A DNA stretch of 64,000 bases from Candidatus Woykebacteria bacterium (GTDB lineage Bacteria > Patescibacteriota > Microgenomatia > Woykebacterales > RBG-16-39-9b): positions 14,980-78,979 of the forward strand of contig JBBDPM010000004.1 of assembly GCA_040876345.1 (NCBI GenBank). The letters are read 5' to 3'. Position 1 is the first letter of the stretch. The number at the start of each line of letters is the position of its first letter. The translations under genes were made by a program, and so were the position numbers. Positions 48,711-59,709 of this stretch are shown piece by piece. Below the pieces are notes generated by a model that saw only the letters and a program-made list of their open reading frames with translations, searched no databases and was not told the origin of the DNA.

Positions 48711-49250
48711 ATGGCAAGTACCTATAGAAATATTGTGGTTTCTGGGGACGTTGGAACTGGCACCTCGACCTTGACAAAAGGATTGGCCGAAAAACTTGGC
48801 TGGGAGTACCTTTCAGCCGGGAATTTTTTTCGAAAATATTTTATTGAACACAATATTCCGCTTTGGAACAAAGCAGCAATACCTAATAGTGTTGAAAACG
48901 AGATCGATTATGATTTATACGAAAAGATGGCGAAGAATGAACACATCGTGTTTGACGGCCATTATGGCGCCTGGTTCGCAAGGGATTTACCGGACGTCTA
49001 TAGAGTTTTACTAATTTGCGACAAAAGCGAAGCAACTAAAAGAATATTAGAAAGGGAACATACTCATAAAGAAACTAAGATAGAAATTGAAAAAAGACGA
49101 GTGCAACTACGCGAAAAATTCAAAAAACTCTATTCAGAAGAAGATTATGAGGATCCAGGCTTATTTCATTTGATTATCGACACTACAAATAAAGGCCCTG
49201 AAGAAACAATTAAAGAGGCTTTGGAGAACTTTAAAACCTTGAGTAAGTAG
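48711..49250 (+). CDS. Cytidylate kinase-family (P-loop NMP kinase) protein
   Basis: IVVSGDVGTGTSTL P-loop and LGWEYLSAGNFFR. Confidence 0.65.
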   Translation: MASTYRNIVVSGDVGTGTSTLTKGLAEKLGWEYLSAGNFFRKYFIEHNIPLWNKAAIPNSVENEIDYDLYEKMAKNEHIVFDGHYGAWFARDLPDVYRVLLICDKSEATKRILEREHTHKETKIEIEKRRVQLREKFKKLYSEEDYEDPGLFHLIIDTTNKGPEETIKEALENFKTLSK

Positions 49251-49259
49251 AAAACACGA

Positions 49260-51242
49260 TCAAAGAAAAGGAACCAAGAGTAGAGCTACTATGTTAATAA
49301 CCTTTATCATTGGATTTATTGCCGGGCCCGCAGTATCCTTGTAAGGATCTCCGACCGTGTCCCCAGTAACCGCCGCTTTATGAGCTTCGCTTCCTTTTCC
49401 ACCAAGGTTGCCCTCTTCAATATACTTTTTGGCGTTGTCCCAAGCAGCACCTCCAGTGGTCATCGAAATAGCGACGAATACACCTGTAACAATCGAGCCG
49501 ACCAAGAGACCACCAAGAGCTTCTGGCCCAAGCCATAAACCAACTACTACCGGGGCAACAATTGGTATTAGAGCGGGAACAATCATTTCTTTTTGGGCAG
49601 CCGCCGTAACAATTGCAACGGCCCTTGCATAATCTGGCTTCGCAGTTCCTTCCATTATTCCGTCGATTTCTTTAAATTGACGGCGGACTTCCGTAACAAC
49701 ACTTCCGGCAGCTTTCCCCACGGCTTCCATAGCCATAGCACCAAATATATAAGGAAGGGCTGCTCCAATGAAAAGCCCCACCAAAACATTCGGGTCATCC
49801 AATCTAAATATTACTTGCTTACCCGCAGCTGAGAGCTCTTGCGAGTAAGAAGCGAAAAGAACTAGGGCGGCCAGCGCTGCTGAAGCAATGGCGTATCCCT
49901 TCGTAATAGCCTTAGTGGTGTTTCCAACAGCATCCAGGGCGTCAGTTACCTTCCGAACAGAATCTGGGAGGCCAGCCATTTCAGCTATTCCACCGGCATT
50001 ATCAGTAATTGGCCCAAAAGCATCAATTGCAACGATAATCCCTGTCATAGATAACATACTCATCGCCGCAATCGCCACTCCGTAAATCCCGGCAATATTA
50101 AAAGCGATTAGGGTTGCGCCAGAGATCAAAACGATTGGAGCCAAAGTCGATTTCATAGAAATAGCTAGCCCTTGGATAATATTTGTGGCGTGGCCTGTTT
50201 CACTCGCTTTGGCTATATTTTTGACGGAAGAGAAATTTTTTGAAGTGTAAAACTCAGTAATCCCAACCATACCTAAGGTTACGACAAGTCCCAAAAGGCT
50301 GACAGTGAATAGATCAGAGTTGTTCGGGAAAAAAATAGGGGTTACGTAGAAAAACCCTAAAGCTGCTAAAAGACCAGAAACGATCAGTCCTAGGTAAAGA
50401 GCACCCATGATATTTTTACCAATCAGGCGAACACATAAACTGCCCACTATGGAAGCGACTACTGAGATAGCCCCCAAAGCTAAAGGATAGATCAAGGCGT
50501 TTTCATTTCCCGGAAATATTAAGCTTCCAAGTAGCATCGCGGCGATTGCGGTCACGGCGTAGGTTTCAAAAAGGTCGGCGGCCATACCGGCATCATCGCC
50601 AACATTGTCGCCAACATTATCCGCAATAACGGCTGGATTCCTTGGGTCATCTTCCGGAATACCAACCTCCACTTTACCCACTAAATCAGCGCCAACGTCG
50701 GCTCCCTTAGTGTAAATACCACCGCCGAGCCTAGCAAAAACTGAAATTAAACTACCACCAAAACCAAGGCCAATTAAAGCTTTAACATCGCCGGTAACAA
50801 AATAAAAGCCGGAAACGGAAAGAAGTGCTAACCCAACAACTATCATGCCAGTTACAGCCCCACCTTTAAACGCTACGTCTAAAGATTGAGCAAGGCCGGT
50901 CTTGGCTGCTTCTGCCACTCGTACATTAGCTCGAACAGCCACATTCATTCCAATATAGCCTGCAAGAGCTGAAGCTAAGGCACCCGTCGCAAACCCAGCG
51001 GCCGTTGTTCTCTGATCAAGACCCAACCAAATAAGAAGAAATACGATAAGTCCAACAACCCCTACTACCAAATACTGGCGATTTAGATACGAAGAGGCCC
51101 CTTCTTGAATTGCTTGGGCAATCTCTTGCATTTTCTTAGTACCAGCTGACTTTCTAAGAACTAATATAGTTAGGACAATTCCATATAAAACAGCCAAAAT
51201 AGAGGCTAGCCCAATCCAAACAAACGTTTGCGAAATTTGCAT
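49260..51242 (-). CDS. hppA: Membrane-bound proton/sodium-translocating pyrophosphatase
   Basis: [10 protein letters not shown] and DxxGDxxKD-type motifs. About 15 TM helices. Confidence 0.9.
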   Translation of the reverse strand: MQISQTFVWIGLASILAVLYGIVLTILVLRKSAGTKKMQEIAQAIQEGASSYLNRQYLVVGVVGLIVFLLIWLGLDQRTTAAGFATGALASALAGYIGMNVAVRANVRVAEAAKTGLAQSLDVAFKGGAVTGMIVVGLALLSVSGFYFVTGDVKALIGLGFGGSLISVFARLGGGIYTKGADVGADLVGKVEVGIPEDDPRNPAVIADNVGDNVGDDAGMAADLFETYAVTAIAAMLLGSLIFPGNENALIYPLALGAISVVASIVGSLCVRLIGKNIMGALYLGLIVSGLLAALGFFYVTPIFFPNNSDLFTVSLLGLVVTLGMVGITEFYTSKNFSSVKNIAKASETGHATNIIQGLAISMKSTLAPIVLISGATLIAFNIAGIYGVAIAAMSMLSMTGIIVAIDAFGPITDNAGGIAEMAGLPDSVRKVTDALDAVGNTTKAITKGYAIASAALAALVLFASYSQELSAAGKQVIFRLDDPNVLVGLFIGAALPYIFGAMAMEAVGKAAGSVVTEVRRQFKEIDGIMEGTAKPDYARAVAIVTAAAQKEMIVPALIPIVAPVVVGLWLGPEALGGLLVGSIVTGVFVAISMTTGGAAWDNAKKYIEEGNLGGKGSEAHKAAVTGDTVGDPYKDTAGPAINPMIKVINIVALLLVPFL

Positions 51243-51406
51243 AAGGCATAATTTACACTAAAGAAGAAAAATTGGCAATAGGAAGAGAGTTGACAACTTA
51301 TTTTTTTAGTTGTAGACTGATAGTAAAGACCCTTCTGCCAAATCTACTAAATAAATGTCTTTCATCCTCGCGAAAAAGTTACTAAGTAAAATATTGAAAA
51401 ATAACT

Positions 51407-52090
51407 TTGAAAGGAGGTGAAAAAATGACACTACAGGACTACATATTACTTTCCCAGGATTCAATTAATAGGCTATTCTCAACGCTTGGTAGCACAGTTA
51501 CCAATGTTATTGCGGCTGTAATCGCTTTAGCAGTTGGTCTAGTAATAGGATATATCCTCAAAAGGATTGTCGTCGAAATCTCTCAGGCAATAAACTTTGA
51601 GAAAACCATATCCGGCTGGTCAGTTTACCAAAACTTGACTAAATCACAGGAGAACATCGATCTCACAACCCTAATAGGTGAACTATTGAGATGGATTGCA
51701 GTTGCCGTATTTCTTATTCCGGCAGTCCAGTCACTGCAAGTTGTTGGGCCAGAAGAAGTGCTGACTACAGTTCTTAGTTATATTCCAAACGCGATACTTG
51801 CAGCGCTCTTCCTAATCTTAGGGTTTGTTGTGGCATGGTTCACTCACAGAATAGTTATGCTAGTAGCAGTACTAGTTGGCAATAATCCAGCCCGTTTAAT
51901 TGCCAACATAGTCTATCTTGCTATTGTAGTATTCGCAACTTTGCAAGCTTTGCTTCAACTTGGAGTAACTGGCGAAATCATTAGATTGATTGTAATTGCA
52001 GCCATTGCCGCTTCGGCTTTAGCATTAGGGCTCGGTTCGCGTGACCAAGCCATGGAACTTGTTAAAAAGTTCATGGATAAAGTAAAATAG
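51407..52090 (+). CDS. Membrane protein with conserved TM-helix repeats (MscS-N-terminal-like); paralog 1
   Basis: Internal repeats of the L..LP..V.A..I...G and IA..V(R)..L...G(FD) pattern. Tandem paralog of the next gene. Confidence 0.45.
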   Translation: MKGGEKMTLQDYILLSQDSINRLFSTLGSTVTNVIAAVIALAVGLVIGYILKRIVVEISQAINFEKTISGWSVYQNLTKSQENIDLTTLIGELLRWIAVAVFLIPAVQSLQVVGPEEVLTTVLSYIPNAILAALFLILGFVVAWFTHRIVMLVAVLVGNNPARLIANIVYLAIVVFATLQALLQLGVTGEIIRLIVIAAIAASALALGLGSRDQAMELVKKFMDKVK

Positions 52091-52176
52091 CAACAACTAC
52101 TAGACGCGTATAACTTTAATTGTCAAAATTGAAGCTCATAAGTGATATTATATTGTTTGAGTTAGGGGGTGAATGA

Positions 52177-52863
52177 ATGCTTAGAGATATAACTGATGCT
52201 GCGTTAATTGCGCTCAACGATTCCCTGGTAAATACGGCTAAGCTTCTTCCAAACTTAGTAGTGGCCCTAATTATATTCATAATTGGTGTCCTTATTGCGG
52301 CGGTAATTAAAAACACTTTGGTAAGAGTTCTAAGAGCCGCTGGATTTGATAAGCTGCTTTCCAAGACAGCGATTGACTCGGCGGTCAAGAGTATTGGTCC
52401 GGGTGTCACCATAATCACTCTTGTAGGTGAGCTTGTCCGCTGGTTTATAATCCTTATCTTCCTGATTCCAGCAGTTGATCAATTGGGACTAGGTGCTGTC
52501 AACGAAATTTTGACAGCCATACTGCTTTATATTCCAAACGTGGTGGTCGCTGTAATCATTATTGCCGTGGGTTCCGTCTTTTCAAAACTTGCCCGGGACT
52601 TAGTAGCCGCTACAACTCAAGGACTTGGTGGGCACGCTTCCGGAGTGGTTGGTCAAGTAGCCAGATGGTCTATATTCATCTTTGCGCTGCTGGCTGCTCT
52701 AAATCAACTTGGAGTCGCCACTGATCTAATCAGGATACTTTTCACCGGGCTTGTGGCTATGGTGGCAATTGCGGGCGGACTTGCGTTTGGACTAGGCGGC
52801 AAGGAGACAGCCGAAATAATCCTGAAGAAACTACGCAAAGACGTGCTTGGAGAAGAGGAGTAG
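52177..52863 (+). CDS. Membrane protein with conserved TM-helix repeats; paralog 2
   Basis: Homologous to 51407..52090. Confidence 0.45.
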   Translation: MLRDITDAALIALNDSLVNTAKLLPNLVVALIIFIIGVLIAAVIKNTLVRVLRAAGFDKLLSKTAIDSAVKSIGPGVTIITLVGELVRWFIILIFLIPAVDQLGLGAVNEILTAILLYIPNVVVAVIIIAVGSVFSKLARDLVAATTQGLGGHASGVVGQVARWSIFIFALLAALNQLGVATDLIRILFTGLVAMVAIAGGLAFGLGGKETAEIILKKLRKDVLGEEE

Positions 52864-52910
52864 GCCTTGTTTTTAACACTCCTAAATGGTAGAATTTCGG
52901 ATATTCTGCC

Positions 52911-55199
52911 ATGAAATACGTTGTAAATTTTTCGCAAGTTGGTAAAGAAGATATATCACTGGTTGGGGCTAAAGCTGCGAATCTTGGAGAACTCTCCAAA
53001 ATAAGAATCTCAGTTCCAACAGCGTATATTTTAACCTCCCAAGCATATTTTGAGTTTCTCAATCAAAACAAACTTGAAAAGGAAATCAGTAATAGACTCA
53101 AGAGAGTAAATTACGAGGATACTCATCTTCTAAACAAAATCTCCTCTGATATAAAAAATTTAATATTAGGCGCAGAATTGCCAGCGGAAATTATCGAGGA
53201 AATCAGGCAAACCCACAAGAAAATATCAATTAAAAACCCCTTTGTGGCGGTCAGAAGCTCGGCAACAGCCGAGGATTTACCTCAAGCTTCTTTTGCGGGG
53301 CAATATCAAAGCTTTCTTAACGTCAAGGGTGAGAAGGATTTGATTTTTGCAATAAGAAAATGCTGGGCTTCACTTTTTGAACCCAGGGCAATTTTTTACC
53401 GAGAGGAGAAGAGCTTTAATCATCTAAAGGTCGGTATTGCCGTAATAATTCAGGAGATGATTGAGCCAGAAGCTTCTGGTGTCATGTTTACCGTAAATCC
53501 CGTCACAAATAATAAATCCCGAATCGTAATTGAGTCTGTGTGGGGATTGGGTGAGCTGGTTGTTAAGGGGGAGGTAACTCCAGACCACTACGAAGTGGAG
53601 AAGGGTAAGTTTGTTATTATCGATAAAAAAATCAGCCTCCAAAAAGATCAGCTTGTTCTTGTAGAGGACAAAAACAGGAAAATACAGGTATCTAACAAAT
53701 ATGCCGGTTCCCAAAAGATATCCGATGTGAAAATACTTGAACTAGCTAAAATTGGTAAGAAAATTGAGAACTTATATCTTCTTCCTCAAGACATAGAGTG
53801 GGCCTATTCCGACAAGCTCTATATATTGCAATCAAGGCCCGTTACAACCTTTTCCCCTGGCCGACAAACGTCAGTCAAGACCCTGGATATAAAGCTGCCG
53901 ATACTTTTAAAGGGTACAGCAGTCTCACCAGGTATATCGCAGGGAGTAGCTAGGGTGATCAAAAATCAGAAAGATTTAGAAAAGATAAAGAGAGGAGAAA
54001 TATTAGTTGTCAGAAGTACGCAACCTAATCTCCTTCCGGCCATGAAAAAAGCCTGTGCGATAATTACCGAGCAAGGAGATAGCACCTCTCATGCTTCTAT
54101 TGTATCTCGAGAGCTTGGTAAGCCCTGCGTAGTCTCCGCTCTTGGCGCAACTGATATAGTGAAACCCGGATCTGCTCTAACAATCAACGGTACTTCGGGA
54201 ATAGTTTATAAAGGCTCCCTACCTGTATCAAAAATGAGCTTGCTGCTTTCAACCTATGAAGAAAAATCCACTGAAGGGGCGCCTAAGGATTATGAGAGCC
54301 TGAAAACAGCCACGAAAATTCTTTTAAACCTATCAGAGGTAAATTTAGCAGCTGAAGCGTCCAGCCTCAATGTAGACGGGGTGGGGTTGCTACGAGCCGA
54401 GTTTATTGTGTCTGAAATTGGAGTACACCCTCAAAAACTTATCGATGAAAAAAAGGAAAAGGATTTTATTGAGTCTCTCGCCGAGGGGTTGAAAATTTTC
54501 GGCGCTTCTTTTGAGCCCCGGCCAGTTATTTATCGGGCAGTAGATTTTAGAAGCAGTGAGTATAAAAGCTTGGGCGGCGGGGAAGATTATGAACCAGACG
54601 AGCCAAATCCATTTCTTGGTCACCGAGGCGCTTCACGATATATAAGCAACCCCAAGGTTTTCGAACTCGAGCTCTCGGCCATCAAGATTGCCCGAAACAA
54701 ATTTAACCTAAAAAACCTTTGGATATCCTTGCCTTTCGTAAGGACACTAAAGGAAATGGAGGAAGTCAAAAAAATTATTTCCGCTTCCGGTCTGCACCGC
54801 TCACCCTCCTTCAAGCTCTTAATGATAGTGGAAATTCCTTCAAACGTAGTGTTAATTGATAAATTTTTAGACTTGGGCTTAGACGGGGTAATAATTGATT
54901 TAAACGATCTAACAATGCTCATGTTGGGGATGGATAAGCATAATTCGTTTTCAGGAGGCTACCTAGAAACAGACCAATCAGTTATGTGGTCACTAGAGAG
55001 GGTTATTAAGGAGTGCCGCCAAAGAGGCCTTTACTCGGGAGTTTATGGTCATGGTCCAACGATTTATCCAAATCTTGCCGAAAAGCTAGTAGAGTGGGGA
55101 GTTACTTCAATTTCAGTTTCTCTTGATTTAGTGGAAAAAACCCGCGAAATAATTTACGAAGCCGAGAAGAAACTAGTCGCCGCTAGGTCTCATAGCTAA
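52911..55199 (+). CDS. ppsA: Phosphoenolpyruvate synthase / pyruvate, water dikinase
   Basis: N-terminal PEP/pyruvate-binding domain (GGKAANLGEL), phosphohistidine domain GDSTSHASIVSRELGKPCVV, and a C-terminal PEP-utilising TIM barrel. Confidence 0.85.
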   Translation: MKYVVNFSQVGKEDISLVGAKAANLGELSKIRISVPTAYILTSQAYFEFLNQNKLEKEISNRLKRVNYEDTHLLNKISSDIKNLILGAELPAEIIEEIRQTHKKISIKNPFVAVRSSATAEDLPQASFAGQYQSFLNVKGEKDLIFAIRKCWASLFEPRAIFYREEKSFNHLKVGIAVIIQEMIEPEASGVMFTVNPVTNNKSRIVIESVWGLGELVVKGEVTPDHYEVEKGKFVIIDKKISLQKDQLVLVEDKNRKIQVSNKYAGSQKISDVKILELAKIGKKIENLYLLPQDIEWAYSDKLYILQSRPVTTFSPGRQTSVKTLDIKLPILLKGTAVSPGISQGVARVIKNQKDLEKIKRGEILVVRSTQPNLLPAMKKACAIITEQGDSTSHASIVSRELGKPCVVSALGATDIVKPGSALTINGTSGIVYKGSLPVSKMSLLLSTYEEKSTEGAPKDYESLKTATKILLNLSEVNLAAEASSLNVDGVGLLRAEFIVSEIGVHPQKLIDEKKEKDFIESLAEGLKIFGASFEPRPVIYRAVDFRSSEYKSLGGGEDYEPDEPNPFLGHRGASRYISNPKVFELELSAIKIARNKFNLKNLWISLPFVRTLKEMEEVKKIISASGLHRSPSFKLLMIVEIPSNVVLIDKFLDLGLDGVIIDLNDLTMLMLGMDKHNSFSGGYLETDQSVMWSLERVIKECRQRGLYSGVYGHGPTIYPNLAEKLVEWGVTSISVSLDLVEKTREIIYEAEKKLVAARSHS

Positions 55200-55200
55200 G

Positions 55201-55665
55201 ATGAAAAAAGAAATTGAGCGTAGATTCCTAGTGATCAGAGAAAAACTTCCAAAACTTACGAGAGGCCAAAAAATAGTGCAAGGGTATTTATCAACGGACC
55301 CAGTAGTCAGAGTAAGGGTCAAAAACTCAAATTCCTACCTAACTCTAAAATTCAGGAAAGAAAAAGTTAATCACGAGTTTGAATATAAAATTCCCTTGCG
55401 TGATGCCCAAAAATTACTAACCGAGTGCAAATTTAAGATAGAAAAAAACCGCTACCTATTTAAGCTTAATGGTAATATCTTGGAAATTGATTTTTTTGAG
55501 GGTGAAAACTCTGGATTGATAATCACCGAAGTAGAATTTCCAAATCTAAATACGTATTTCCAAAAACCCCTCTGGCTTGGGAAAGAAATAACCGACGACG
55601 AAAAATATTTTAATGCAAACCTTGCTCAAAGGCCTTATTTAAGATGGGGTACTAAAATATCCTGA
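55201..55665 (+). CDS. CYTH-domain protein (CyaB / thiamine-triphosphatase-like triphosphate tunnel enzyme)
   Basis: N-terminal EIERRFLV is the CYTH signature. Confidence 0.75.
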   Translation: MKKEIERRFLVIREKLPKLTRGQKIVQGYLSTDPVVRVRVKNSNSYLTLKFRKEKVNHEFEYKIPLRDAQKLLTECKFKIEKNRYLFKLNGNILEIDFFEGENSGLIITEVEFPNLNTYFQKPLWLGKEITDDEKYFNANLAQRPYLRWGTKIS

Positions 55666-55693
55666 GGAAACTCCGCAATGAGCGAGAAGAAGA

Positions 55694-56242
55694 TCATTTA
55701 TGATCCTGCGTCACAGTATAGGCGGATCCATCGCTTAGCACTGCAGACAAGGAGTAAGTAGTTGAGGTTTCACTTGGTACGTAATCGTAAGGCTTTTTGG
55801 TTACTGGATCAAGCGGAATAACTTGTAAAGACCCTTCTGTTAAATCTTCAAGTTTTGCTGGATATTTTTTGTTTTTTTCAAAGTATCGACTGACCCCACC
55901 TTTAATTGTGGCCAGATCAAGTTTTCTGGTTTGATCATTCTCCGAATTCTCCGCCAGAGTAGCCTGTTTTTTCTGTTCTTCTACCCTTTGAACAACTGTT
56001 TGTTTTGTTTGATTAATATTTTGATTTTGTTGATATTGCAAGTAAAAATACCCGCCAAAGAATAAAATCAGCGTTACTAAAAGGATACCGAAAACTGAAA
56101 CCGCCGGAGAGCCAGACTTAGGGGTTTGCTTATCTGGTAAACTGGGTTGCGTTTGGTTTGGAATTGGATTAACAGGAAAATTTTGGGGTGGTTGGATATT
56201 TTGATTAGCCATTACTGGGGCTGGACTTTGCTGAGCAGGCAT
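55694..56242 (-). CDS. Hypothetical Pro/Gln-rich membrane-anchored protein
   Basis: Pro-rich N-terminus, one TM helix, C-terminal globular part. Confidence 0.45.
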   Translation of the reverse strand: MPAQQSPAPVMANQNIQPPQNFPVNPIPNQTQPSLPDKQTPKSGSPAVSVFGILLVTLILFFGGYFYLQYQQNQNINQTKQTVVQRVEEQKKQATLAENSENDQTRKLDLATIKGGVSRYFEKNKKYPAKLEDLTEGSLQVIPLDPVTKKPYDYVPSETSTTYSLSAVLSDGSAYTVTQDHK

Positions 56243-56435
56243 TAATTTTATTATCTAATTTTAGGATTAAATTGTCAAAAAATATTTTGGGCAAAGTCTT
56301 GCTAATTGAATTTTTAGCCTTGATTTGATAAAATTACTCAATCTGAAAGCCCGTAGCTCAATCAGTAGAACAATAAAGCGTTCTGCGACTACTAAAGCTG
56401 ACTATGAGCAGCGGCCTTTGAAGGAAGATTCTGCT

Positions 56436-56511
56436 GGGCGGCTAGCTCAATTGGTAGAGCAGCGGCCTTTTAAGCCGCGTGTTCTGGGTTCGAGTCCCAG
56501 GCCGCTCACCA
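56436..56511 (+). tRNA. tRNA-Lys (anticodon TTT), CCA encoded
   Basis: Acceptor GGGCGGC/GCCGCTC, D-arm GCTC-AATTGGTA-GAGC, anticodon stem GCGGC with loop CTTTTAA, T-arm CTGGG-TTCGAGT-CCCAG. Confidence 0.85.
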
Positions 56512-56894
56512 GAATCTTCTTTTTATTTTGAAAATAAATCACGTGTTCTGGGTTCTGGACCTCAATAGATTCACATCTCACCTCATAGCTAATTCGATAA
56601 ATTGACAACCTATAGTCAATGTAGTACAATACAATATGTACTACTATAGGAGGTATGTTGATAATTTCATATCAATGGCTCTTGTTAGTCTCTACGCTTC
56701 TGTTCTGCTCGCGGAAGGTAGTGAGTTTCTTGTTAAGAAAGAAATCTCTTCTAATTTAACTAACCATTCAAACGAAAAAACCATTCATTATGAATCAAGC
56801 GAATTCCCGAAGCACTTACCGGAAAAAATTCAGGGCTTTAAACTTTGCGTATGGGATAACTGCTCAATTTCCGTCAGTATCGCCGGTATTAAAC

Positions 56895-59264
56895 CTAGGC
56901 AGTAGGAATTATCGTAGCCGGCAAATCTGGCTGGACTCTTGCGGCTCTGCCTCTGAAAGGACTTGCGGTTAGAGCGTGCTTTAAAACTTCCTCCATAGAC
57001 TCCACAAATATAAATTTAAGATCCTTCTGAGTTTTTGAAGGTATCTCTTCAAGATCCTTACGATTGTCTTTGGGAAGGATAATTGTGCGCAGTCCCGCTC
57101 GGTGGGCTGCTAAAACTTTTTCCTTGACACCACCAATTTCCAAAACTTTTCCACGCAGGGTTACTTCCCCTGTCATGGTTACTTCTTTACGCGTTGGGAT
57201 TTTAGTTAAGAGGCTAATTAAGGCAGTTGTTATAGTGATACCCGCACTTGGACCATCCTTTGGTATTGCGCCAGACGGAACATGAACGTGAATGTCAGCT
57301 GTTTTGAAAAAATTATCCCTAATTCCGAATTCAACCACTTTAGACCTTGCGAAGGAGAGGGCGGCTTGCGCAGATTCTTTCATGACGTCCCCAAGTTGCC
57401 CAGTCAGAATAAGGCTTCCTTTACCTGGCATTATTGTCGCTTCAACCGAGAGAACTTCTCCGCCAACCTGCGTCCAAGCAAGACCGGTGGAAACCCCGAC
57501 TTCATCTCTTTTTTCGGCTGCCCATGGTCTAAACTTCTCCGGACCCAGATATTTTGCTATATTTTTGGAACTTACCAACACCTTACCCATCTTTTTCTCG
57601 GTAATTTCTTTTGCTATCTTTCTACAAATTGCAGCTAGCTCACGTTCCAGATTCCGCACGCCTGCCTCGCGGGTGTACTTACTAATAATGGAGCCGATTC
57701 CACTGTCTTCCAGCTTTAACTTGCTTTCTGAAAGACCGTGAGATTCAAATTGTTTTGGTAGAAGGTAATTTTTGGCGATATGAAATTTTTCCTCTTCAGT
57801 GTAACCTGGGAATTCAATTACCTCCATCCGGTCCCGAAGGGCGGGTGGAATAGTCTCAAGAACGTTTGCAGTGGTAATGAACATTACATCTGATAAGTCA
57901 AAGGGAACCTCTAAATAATGATCTGAGAAAGAATGATTTTGTTCAGGATCCAGTGCTTCAAGTAAAGCCGAAGACGGGTCTCCACGAAAATCAAATCCAA
58001 GCTTATCTATTTCATCCAGCATAAAGATTGGGTTTTTGGTAGTAGCTTCCTTTACGCCTTGAACAATTCTTCCAGGGAGCGCGCCAACATAAGTTCGGCG
58101 GTGTCCTCGAATTTCCGCTTCATCCCTAATTCCGCCAAGAGACACTTTTACAAATTTTCTCCCCAAGGCTCTCGCAATTGAGCGTCCAATCGAAGTTTTA
58201 CCCACCCCAGGAGGACCAGCAAAACAAAGTATCGGACCTTTTATCTTCCCAGTTAGTTTTTGGACGGCCAAATACTCAATAATCCGCTCTTTTACTTTAG
58301 CCAGTCCGTAATGATCAGTGTTTAAAATATTTTCGGCTCCTTTTATGTCAATTTTACTCTCACTCTTAATGCTCCATGGAAGATCCACTAACCAGTCAAG
58401 ATAGGTTCTTAAATAAGATATTTCCGGTGAAAATGAAGGCATTTTCTGAAGCCTATCAAGTTCCTTCAGTGCTTTTCCTTCTGTTTCTTTGGGCATCTTC
58501 GCATCAAGAATTTTTTTTCTAAGCTCGGAAAATTCCTCCTGCTCTTCCTTCATTCCCAGTTCTTTTTCAATTGTCTTTAGTTGTTCCCTAAGAAAAGCTT
58601 CTTTGGCGGTTTTTCCGATTTGCTCAGCTGTTTGATCTTGGATTTTTCGGGCTGTTTTCATTACGGAAAGTTCTCGAGAAATATGTCCGGCAATTTTCTT
58701 AACCCTGATTTTCAAATCTGATGCTTCAAGAAGAGATTGTTTTTCAGCTGATTTGAGATCCAGATTAAAGATTACAAGATCTACTACTTGATACGGGTTG
58801 GAAAGGTCAAAAACAGACGGCAGCACGTCCAGTGGTATTGGCTTTCCTAGAGTAATAAGCTGTCTAAATTGTTCAACAAGAGGGCGAACTAGAGTCTCTA
58901 AATCTTCCCTTGAATACTCAGTTTCCTTTAAATGATTCACCTTTACGCCAAAGTAGGGCTCTTCAGTTGAAAACTCCACTATCTTACCCTTACTTTGGCC
59001 TTCAACCAAAATATTAATCACCCCGTCTGGTTGCCGCTGGACCTGAACGATTAGGCCGATTGTTCCCGTCGAGTAGAGGTCTTCCTTTGCGGGATTATCT
59101 TGATCCTTATTCTTTTGCATAACCAAAAATATTTTCTTATCTTTTTTCAAACTTTCTTCCAAAGCAGCCACAGATTTTTCACGCTTCAAGGAAATAGGCA
59201 CCGAAGCCTTTGGAAAGATGACAACGTCTCTTACAGGTATAAGTGGTAAAGAATGTTTTTCCAT
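56895..59264 (-). CDS. lon: ATP-dependent Lon protease
   Basis: LON N-domain, AAA+ (GPPGVGKTS) and S16 protease (PKDGPSAGIT). Confidence 0.95.
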   Translation of the reverse strand: MEKHSLPLIPVRDVVIFPKASVPISLKREKSVAALEESLKKDKKIFLVMQKNKDQDNPAKEDLYSTGTIGLIVQVQRQPDGVINILVEGQSKGKIVEFSTEEPYFGVKVNHLKETEYSREDLETLVRPLVEQFRQLITLGKPIPLDVLPSVFDLSNPYQVVDLVIFNLDLKSAEKQSLLEASDLKIRVKKIAGHISRELSVMKTARKIQDQTAEQIGKTAKEAFLREQLKTIEKELGMKEEQEEFSELRKKILDAKMPKETEGKALKELDRLQKMPSFSPEISYLRTYLDWLVDLPWSIKSESKIDIKGAENILNTDHYGLAKVKERIIEYLAVQKLTGKIKGPILCFAGPPGVGKTSIGRSIARALGRKFVKVSLGGIRDEAEIRGHRRTYVGALPGRIVQGVKEATTKNPIFMLDEIDKLGFDFRGDPSSALLEALDPEQNHSFSDHYLEVPFDLSDVMFITTANVLETIPPALRDRMEVIEFPGYTEEEKFHIAKNYLLPKQFESHGLSESKLKLEDSGIGSIISKYTREAGVRNLERELAAICRKIAKEITEKKMGKVLVSSKNIAKYLGPEKFRPWAAEKRDEVGVSTGLAWTQVGGEVLSVEATIMPGKGSLILTGQLGDVMKESAQAALSFARSKVVEFGIRDNFFKTADIHVHVPSGAIPKDGPSAGITITTALISLLTKIPTRKEVTMTGEVTLRGKVLEIGGVKEKVLAAHRAGLRTIILPKDNRKDLEEIPSKTQKDLKFIFVESMEEVLKHALTASPFRGRAARVQPDLPATIIPTA

Positions 59265-59394
59265 AGAAAATATATCCTAGCATATATTAGCAGACTGGTC
59301 AAGAGGGTGCTAAACGAATGTTTGGGTGGCGGAAACCGTCGAGAATTTAATCCGGCGGTTTCCACCACACTAGGGACATTTGAAGACCCTAATA

Positions 59395-59709
59395 TCAGCA
59401 GGATGCAATACTGAGGGTTATTGTACCACCACGACGCACCTCAAAATTGTACCTGCTGATAATGACACGGTACGTGGTGTCTTCCCTGACAGTTGTACCA
59501 GTGATAACTATTTGGTCGTTGCCGATGTGGCCAGCGCTCTTGATCTTCACATCAACAACTCCCCAACATCGCGTTGGGAATGGGACAGTATCTTCGCCTT
59601 TTGGCCAAGCGCTGTCGATTGTCTCAAGCGTTGGTCCTCCGTCGTCAATTACATCCGAGCTCTCAGCCGTCGTCACCTCTAGACTCCTCTCAATCACGAA
59701 AGTACTCAC
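59395..59709 (-). CDS. Hypothetical protein; call ambiguous because long ORFs overlap on both strands in a GC-richer segment
   Basis: GTG start with no SD. Competing plus-strand ORFs at 59380..59682 and 59447..59800. Confidence 0.2.
   Translation of the reverse strand: MSTFVIERSLEVTTAESSDVIDDGGPTLETIDSAWPKGEDTVPFPTRCWGVVDVKIKSAGHIGNDQIVITGTTVREDTTYRVIISRYNFEVRRGGTITLSIASC

Noticed and set aside
56325-56629. ORFs 56325..56531 (+) and 56447..56629 (-)
   Set aside because: They overlap tRNA-Lys(TTT) and its degenerate partial copies, so they are spurious.
59290-59330. CIRCE (HrcA) or CtsR operator upstream of lon
   Set aside because: Only half-sites are present (TTAGCACCC; GGTCAAgagGGTGCT). 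There is no complete inverted or direct repeat matching either consensus.
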